Source: an uncultured Nitrospinota bacterium
GTDB taxonomy: Bacteria > Nitrospinota > Nitrospinia > Nitrospinales > JAJDAT01
DNA length: 64,000 nucleotides
Reading direction: 5' to 3'
Assembly (NCBI GenBank): GCA_964344185.1
Contig: CAYFMN010000005.1
Span: forward strand, 65,516 to 129,515
The position numbers and the translations under genes are program-made. Below are positions 58,848 through 64,000 of this stretch, piece by piece; the first letter of the stretch is position 1, and the number at the start of each line of letters is the position of its first letter. The notes beneath the pieces were generated by a model, which saw only the letters and a program-made list of their open reading frames with translations, ran no database searches and was not told the origin of the DNA.

Positions 58848-60324
58848 ACGCGCTTCCAGGGCTAGTTAGATCCCCCGAACTTGGATGGTGATTAAGTTGC
58901 ACAAAACCAGAATCAAACTCGCTCATTCGAATTATGTAGTCAGATGTTCCATTAGCCGCTATGGAAGCCAGAGTCAGCGTCGTGTCTGAGTCTCTGGAAA
59001 GAATATTGTGCCAGCTAGAACCGGAATCAAAACTAATACGACCGCCCGCGCAATTAGTGGGAAAGACACCTGACGATAGTGAAACGGTTGAATTACTTTC
59101 TGTAAATATTTTGAACCATCTATCGTGGCTGGTATTTGATGTAGTAAGCGGGGCAATAGCGGAGCCATCTGCATAAATCGAAGGCGTTGTAGAATCTTGA
59201 TTCCAATAGTTTGAAGCGTCGAAAGAACCGGTTCTACTAATAACGACACAATAATAAGTTCCAGCGTTAACGGTGTATCTTTCACTTCCAGAAAATTGAA
59301 AAGTTACTTCTTCATAAGAAGTTCCTATGGCGCTTCCGCTAACTGTATCAGAAGTCGCTAACAGGGTACTGCCGGCTCCTGTTGCGCTTTGCGGACTTAA
59401 GTTATATAAATAACCTATGAGGTCGTCTGTTGGAGATCCGACTTTTTTTAATTTAAAAACGAATTTATCTAAAATACCGGTAGATTTACAAAGAAATGAT
59501 TGACCGGTATTATCTTGTCCTGCGGCAGTGCCCACAGTCGTGTCTGTGCCGCCTATGAAACTACTTTGATCAACTGATGAAATTTCTATTACTGTAGCTT
59601 GAGATGTTGATTGATTAGAGTTCGTCCATTCCTGTTGAAGATAATTAGATTCTGTATCGTAATTTCTATCAGAAATTAAATTAGTTCCAGGATCGGTTCC
59701 TTTATAGAGCTTGTTTGTGTTGTCATGTTGAAAGCCGGTGGAGTTTGCCTCGTCCGCTCCTTGTTCGTCTGGATTGGAAAAAGAATCGGACCATCCCGCT
59801 TCCATCAGCAACGCTCCGCCATGATTTTCCTGAATCTCATCAAACGCCCTCATGATATTACTTGTATTGACGGAAGTCTGTTCGTTGTCTGTCGTTGAAT
59901 TTGCCAATTGGAAATCGGTTCCGTCGTATACTAAAGTCACTATTCCACTTTCAGGAATATCGCCTTGCTTCAAATCGCTTCCGTCAATTTTTTTTATGCT
60001 CTTTACTCCCAATGAGTTAACGTCGCCGGTGGCGGGACCTGTGTTTGTTGTATGAGCTTTCATGTAAACAAACAAACCCTCGCTCAAAACTGTGGGAGCG
60101 GGATTCAAAGTTACGTTATAAGCCGCTCCAGAGCCGGTGGAATCCGCAAACCAATAAGCGCCTGCCTGAGTGTTTTGATTTAGTTGATCGGCTGATGTAT
60201 ATAAATCGTTTACATCTATATCGATCTTGTCAAAAGAATCTTTGATTCTGGTAACGTCGTCCTCCAGCATATTGTCGGGATGAGGCATTGGATATTCGCG
60301 ATTTACGGTTTTTTGATCGATCAT
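58807..60324 (-). pseudogene. tail-fibre-like family paralogue C, upstream (N-terminal) reading frame
   Basis: 505-aa frame. The first roughly 245 aa are highly similar to paralogue A (MIDQKTVNREYPMPHPDN...SNYLQQEWTN). A paralogue-specific insert of about 170 aa (about 59070-59589) precedes the shared FPTNCAGGRISFDSG...SEFDSGFVQLN block. The frame overlaps the downstream frame by 41 nt. Confidence 0.6.
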
Positions 60325-60348
60325 ATTGCTATTTCCTTTGAGTATGAA

Positions 60349-60404
60349 ATCGCCCCTTGTCTTTTATTATCAAAAATACAAGGGGCGATGTGGTTAAGTG
60401 GCGG
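60349..60404 (-). promoter_or_regulatory. hairpin + AAGTGGCGG box element, copy 4 (upstream of paralogue C)
   Basis: ATCGCCCCTTGT (60349-60360) and ACAAGGGGCGAT (60378-60389) form a perfect 12-bp stem with a 17-nt loop. GTGGCGG lies at 60398-60404. On the gene strand the order is CCGCCAC, 8 nt, hairpin, AAAGGAAA, ATG. Confidence 0.5.
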
Positions 60405-60714
60405 AAACGTTTAAGGAAAATTTTTAAAAATTTAAAATTGCAAAAATCTGTTCTTAGAAACAAGACTTGGCTAAATCAAATTATTAAAAATTTCCATAAG
60501 ATAAATAAAAAAAATCTTTTTCGAGCTTTAGAAAATTAAAGTCTAGTTGAGATATTTTTAAATACTCCCTTATATATTGCAGGAAATTTAGGTAAGATTT
60601 TTTTAACTCATTGAAACTTAAGAGAAAATAATAATAAAAGGAGAGGTATGGGCAGAAAAGTTGAATGAATTGGGAAGGGATTATTAATTTATGATTTGCT
60701 AAAAACTTGCCTTT

Positions 60715-62481
60715 TTAAAATAAACCTATAGAGCCGTTTGCATAGACAATACCGTTACTTCTGTCCGACGGATTAGGGCCAGTAATAGGAAGACCGTAGC
60801 TGATTGAAAACGATATTGGAGGACGGTATTCGGAGGTTCCAAACTCGCCGCCCTTGGGAACGTTTATTTGCACGCCAAATCCGGCGCCGGTAATGGATTC
60901 CATTTTTGTTTCCCCGATTAATAAACCGCGAGTAAATACTTTTCCGTATTCAAGGAATCCGGTAAACGATATTATGTCGGCGATAGTGAATTTATCGATT
61001 CCGAAAGGAAATTTGGAAGGAAAGGGCAATACGTATTCAGTAGCTAAGTTATATCCCCAGTCGCCCGATTGCGCCGCTAATGGAAAACCCCGCACCGTGC
61101 CAAAGCCGCCAACAGCAAATTGGTCTGGAGAAAGCGTGCGATTGCTGACCAATTGCGTGTTTGCTTTCCATATAAAATAACTGTTTAGAAAAGGAGTCGC
61201 TTGATATCGAGTTAGATTAACGGAAGTAAGAAAAATATCGGCGCTTCCGTTGACGCGAGAAGGTAGAGCGGCGCTATCGTTGGGGAAAATTCCATATTGA
61301 ACTTTCCAGTCGAAAATATTATTGCCAAGATACGAATCGCTGAAATTGCCGCTAAAGCCAAAATAGATATCGCGAATTACGTCGTTGCTGGTAGTGGAAC
61401 CCAAGGCAAAGTTGACGAACTTTTTATGATCGAAACCCATCCTGAATTTAAGTCCCGAAGTTTTATCTCGCAACAGAGCCTGGGAATATTCCATATTGAA
61501 AAGCCGCGTTCGACCGCCGCCTCTTAGAGCCTCCAAGCTGGCGCCTAAAGTTTGTTCCGAATAAGTATAGCTAAACTTGAGGTTTTTTCTTCCTATATCG
61601 TCAAGCGGGTATTGATAGGAAAAAGTTAAAGACTGCTGGTCTAATTCTGACGCCACTCCGCGAAAGAGAAAAAAATCTCCCAATACCGCAGTGTTTGCGG
61701 CGGTTGCCGTAACCCCGGCCCGGTTGGCTCCCGTAAATTCTGAACCAAAATTATCCACGTCGAAGCTGAAAGAATAAGGGCTGGTTTCGGTAACTTCAAG
61801 AATCAAGTCCGAAGTTCCCGGCTCCTTGCCTGGGCGCAAAATTGATCGAGCTTTGATTCCGGCTAGATCGTTGATTTCAAGGAGGGTTCGTTCTAAAGTT
61901 TCTTCTTTTAGAATATCCTCATCCGCAACAGGTTGCATTCGTTTTAACAGATCTTCTGCTTTGGTTCGTTTATTTTTTTCGATGGAGATTTTGCCAATTT
62001 TTCCTTCGTCGATTTTCATGATCACGGTGTCGTCGATCAACTCTTGTTCCGGGATGTAAGCCTTGGCCAGGAAATAGCCAGCTTGCGAGTAATGAGCGGA
62101 AACTTCTTGCGCCATGAGAGACAACAGGCCAAGAGTTAATTCCAAGCCTTCGGGGCCTAAATCGACAATCGGATCTAGGATCTCGTTGCTAAAAAGAGTG
62201 TTTCCCTCGATCTTTACTTTTTTTACGAAAAATGAAGGACCTGCGCCAGGATCAACTAGTTCTCTACTGTCTTCTATAGTGATGATTTCCGCTTTTTCTT
62301 GAAATTGGGGGTTGAATGGTTTTGGCTGTGATTGCCGCAAAGATTTTTCGGCAATACCGGCTTCACCGGCTGGCGGAATAGCCACTTGAGCCGCGCTGGG
62401 AGCGGTCCATCCAAGAAAAATTAATAATGTGAAAACCAGTAGATTCATCAATCGCTCAATTTTTGGACAAAGATTGGCCAA
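60715..62481 (-). CDS. ShlB/FhaC/HecB-family two-partner-secretion outer-membrane transporter (TpsB)
   Basis: 588 aa with a signal peptide (possible start at Met-12, 62448). Has a POTRA region (FFVKKVKIEGNTLFS...) and a C-terminal 16-strand-type beta-barrel with alternating pattern, ending ...YANGSIGLF (terminal aromatic). Confidence 0.8.
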   Translation of the reverse strand: MANLCPKIERLMNLLVFTLLIFLGWTAPSAAQVAIPPAGEAGIAEKSLRQSQPKPFNPQFQEKAEIITIEDSRELVDPGAGPSFFVKKVKIEGNTLFSNEILDPIVDLGPEGLELTLGLLSLMAQEVSAHYSQAGYFLAKAYIPEQELIDDTVIMKIDEGKIGKISIEKNKRTKAEDLLKRMQPVADEDILKEETLERTLLEINDLAGIKARSILRPGKEPGTSDLILEVTETSPYSFSFDVDNFGSEFTGANRAGVTATAANTAVLGDFFLFRGVASELDQQSLTFSYQYPLDDIGRKNLKFSYTYSEQTLGASLEALRGGGRTRLFNMEYSQALLRDKTSGLKFRMGFDHKKFVNFALGSTTSNDVIRDIYFGFSGNFSDSYLGNNIFDWKVQYGIFPNDSAALPSRVNGSADIFLTSVNLTRYQATPFLNSYFIWKANTQLVSNRTLSPDQFAVGGFGTVRGFPLAAQSGDWGYNLATEYVLPFPSKFPFGIDKFTIADIISFTGFLEYGKVFTRGLLIGETKMESITGAGFGVQINVPKGGEFGTSEYRPPISFSISYGLPITGPNPSDRSNGIVYANGSIGLF

Positions 62482-63016
62482 TTTAGCAAATCTACGCAGT
62501 ATACCACTTTTGCAAGCGGTAAATGAGCGACCGTTTTGGAAGAAACGACTTAATTTTTGAAGGTAAAATTAAAGCGAAAAATAATATGAATTTAAGAGAT
62601 TTTCGCTAGATTTTACGGAAAGGAAAGTAAGCCCGAAGGCGATTTGTTATTTAACGGAAAAAAGAAGAGTTCCATGAAGAGGGATTCTTTTGAAAGGATT
62701 CAAAGGAAGAGCAACAACGTCTATTTAATAACATTCTTGGAGGATATAAACAAGGAATTCTTAATGAGGGTTAATCTAGTTTGGTATGAAAAAAATGCGA
62801 GGTCTTTTTTTTGAGATATGAGTTTATAGCGAGAATATTTTGATAAATCAGAGGAACAGAAAAAACAGAATCTACTTTTGCGGAAAGTTTTAAAGTTGTT
62901 AAGAAAACCAGGGATCAAATGATTACTTTGGTTTACCAAGTCTCGCTTTGCGTGACGAGTCGTAGGATTTGCAGGGAACTAACGTTTACATTTTCGAAGA
63001 CAAAAAACTAAAGTGC

Positions 63017-63081
63017 GTCATTCAGAACCGAAACTTCTTTGATGAGCCTACACTGAGCCTGTCGGAGGGGTGAAGAATCTC
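63017..63081. repeat. composite short intergenic repeat (GTCATTCAG...GAAGAATCTC with nested CACTGAGCCTGTCGGAGGGGTGA unit)
   Basis: gtcattcagaaccgaaacttctttgatgagcctacactgagcctgtcggaggggtgaagaatctc. Its flanks (acaaaaaactaaag... and ...atcaagaac) are repeated around 63301-63339. Confidence 0.55.
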
Positions 63082-63212
63082 ATCAAGAACCGTGAGTTTC
63101 TAATAGATTTTATTTTTTTAAAGTTGAGTTTTTTTAAGTAAGTGATTCACGGTGATTGCTTTTTTAACGAGAGTTTATTGTCACGGTTGTTTTGTAAAAC
63201 CACCGGTAAAAT

Positions 63213-63239
63213 GAGATCCCTCGGCAAGCTCGGGAGGAC
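63213..63239. repeat. short hairpin repeat (GAGATCCCTCGG...CGGGAGGAC type)
   Basis: gagatccctcggcaagctcgggaggac, with inverted repeat ccctcg.../...cgggagg. Confidence 0.45.
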
Positions 63240-63300
63240 AATTTGGTGAGTTCAGTTAGAGACTACCGTTAATGTTTGCGGAAAACAAAAACCAAAGCAT

Positions 63301-63339
63301 GTCATTCTGAAGCGATACGAAGTATCGGTGAAGAATCTC
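63301..63339. repeat. short intergenic repeat (GTCATTCTG...GAAGAATCTC) with perfect inner hairpin
   Basis: gtcattctgaagcgatacgaagtatcggtgaagaatctc, with inner stem cgatac-gaa-gtatcg. Confidence 0.55.
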
Positions 63340-63420
63340 ATTAAGAACTATGAATCGTTTTGAAAATTATTTTATTCGAAGTCGAAGGTTTTTAAGAAGC
63401 GATTGCCTACCATACTATCA

Positions 63421-64000
63421 CTAACAACCGCCGCCGCTACTGCTACCGTTGCTGGTAAAACTTGAGACAAAGGTACTTTGAATAGCTTGAGAGAAATCCG
63501 CTTGCTGTTGTTGTGGGACAATTGTCGGTGGTAGCACTGTTTCAACCACTGGAGTTACCACTGTTTCAATCACTGGGGTTACCTCTACCACTGGTGCAGT
63601 ACAAAGCCCAGCTTCTTGCTCGGCTTCGTCGCAAACTCCATCTGCAAATGGATCTGGCTCAACATCGCCTACTGTTATTGTGCCGCTAGCTGTGATATTT
63701 CCTTCATTCGATAGGTTTCCTGGCGTGCTGACAGTAACGTCTCCACCTTGATTGTTAATTTTTATCACTGAAATATCGTCAGTTTCGTTGAAATTGACGT
63801 TCCCAGAAGTTGTATTATCGACGTCAATGGATGCTACTTGGATATCGATCGCGTCATCCGCCGCATTGGCTCCTTTTGAACCGTCATTTCCAATTCCCGT
63901 TACGACATCGATCACCAAGCGCCCAGTTTTAGCTTCGATATCAGGACTACCGGCGTCGCCGTTATCAATAATTCCTCCGCTGGTGGATGTCAAAACCACC
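63421..64000 (-). CDS. C-terminal end of a large beta-helical exoprotein (filamentous-haemagglutinin / TpsA-like), truncated by window edge
   Basis: The frame is open to the window end. It has G/N/D/T-rich beta-helix-like repeats (...DIEAKTGRLVIDVVTGIGNDG...VDNTTSGNVNFNETDDISVIKINNQGGDVTVSTPGNLSNEGNITASGTITVGDV), then TPV(V/I)ETV repeats and a Ser/Gly tail ending in Cys. It lies upstream of and is co-oriented with the TpsB gene. Confidence 0.6.
   Translation of the reverse strand, partial: VVLTSTSGGIIDNGDAGSPDIEAKTGRLVIDVVTGIGNDGSKGANAADDAIDIQVASIDVDNTTSGNVNFNETDDISVIKINNQGGDVTVSTPGNLSNEGNITASGTITVGDVEPDPFADGVCDEAEQEAGLCTAPVVEVTPVIETVVTPVVETVLPPTIVPQQQQADFSQAIQSTFVSSFTSNGSSSGGGC

Noticed and set aside
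62721-62939. 72-aa ORF in the TpsA-TpsB spacer as a candidate immunity protein
   Set aside because: The sequence is low-complexity and Phe/Ser/Lys-rich, as expected from AT-rich DNA. There is no RBS and the start is an alternative codon at a repeat boundary. I cannot support it as a gene, though the spacer deserves a proper small-ORF search.

Overview
AT-rich (by eye) segment of a diderm bacterial chromosome. I could not assign a species. The housekeeping core lies on the minus strand: serS with a co-oriented array of all four tRNA-Ser isoacceptors plus one tRNA-Arg, then gyrA, gyrB and dnaA. dnaN and recF are absent from between dnaA and gyrB, and DnaA-box-like 9-mers sit in the dnaA-gyrB spacer. 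Accessory content surrounds this core:

1. A roughly 14 kb divergent envelope-glycan cluster (4.6-18.9 kb). One arm has a WbpB/WbpD/WbpE-like amino-sugar triad, a second DegT aminotransferase and an SDR epimerase. The other arm has ArnC-like GT2 and ArnT-like GT-C enzymes and an embedded, translationally coupled module of flavoprotein, enolase-superfamily epimerase and ATP-grasp ligase.
2. Three dispersed paralogues of a modular phage-tail-fibre-like protein at 1.9-4.2, 31.2-32.2 and 56.9-60.3 kb. Their N- and C-termini are conserved and their central lectin modules (discoidin-like, LamG-like) are swapped. One is paired with an M15A peptidase and one is split by a frameshift. All are associated with a repeated element made of a hairpin plus a GTGG(C/T)GG box.
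3. A LexA/CI-like autocleavable repressor with a perfect palindromic operator pair, next to a Zn-ribbon protein and a protein consisting only of sigma-70 region 4.
4. A 929-aa STAND P-loop NTPase with C-terminal pentapeptide repeats, next to tRNA-Asn.
5. An operon of exported CHAT/TPR protease, CHASE2 adenylate/guanylate cyclase and FecR-like protein.
6. A two-partner-secretion pair (partial TpsA-like exoprotein plus ShlB/FhaC-type TpsB), separated by a spacer full of short hairpin repeats.

No CRISPR array, rRNA, integrase or transposase was seen. All motif coordinates were hand-counted and may be off by 1-2 nt. No database search was possible, so all family calls come from motif recognition.
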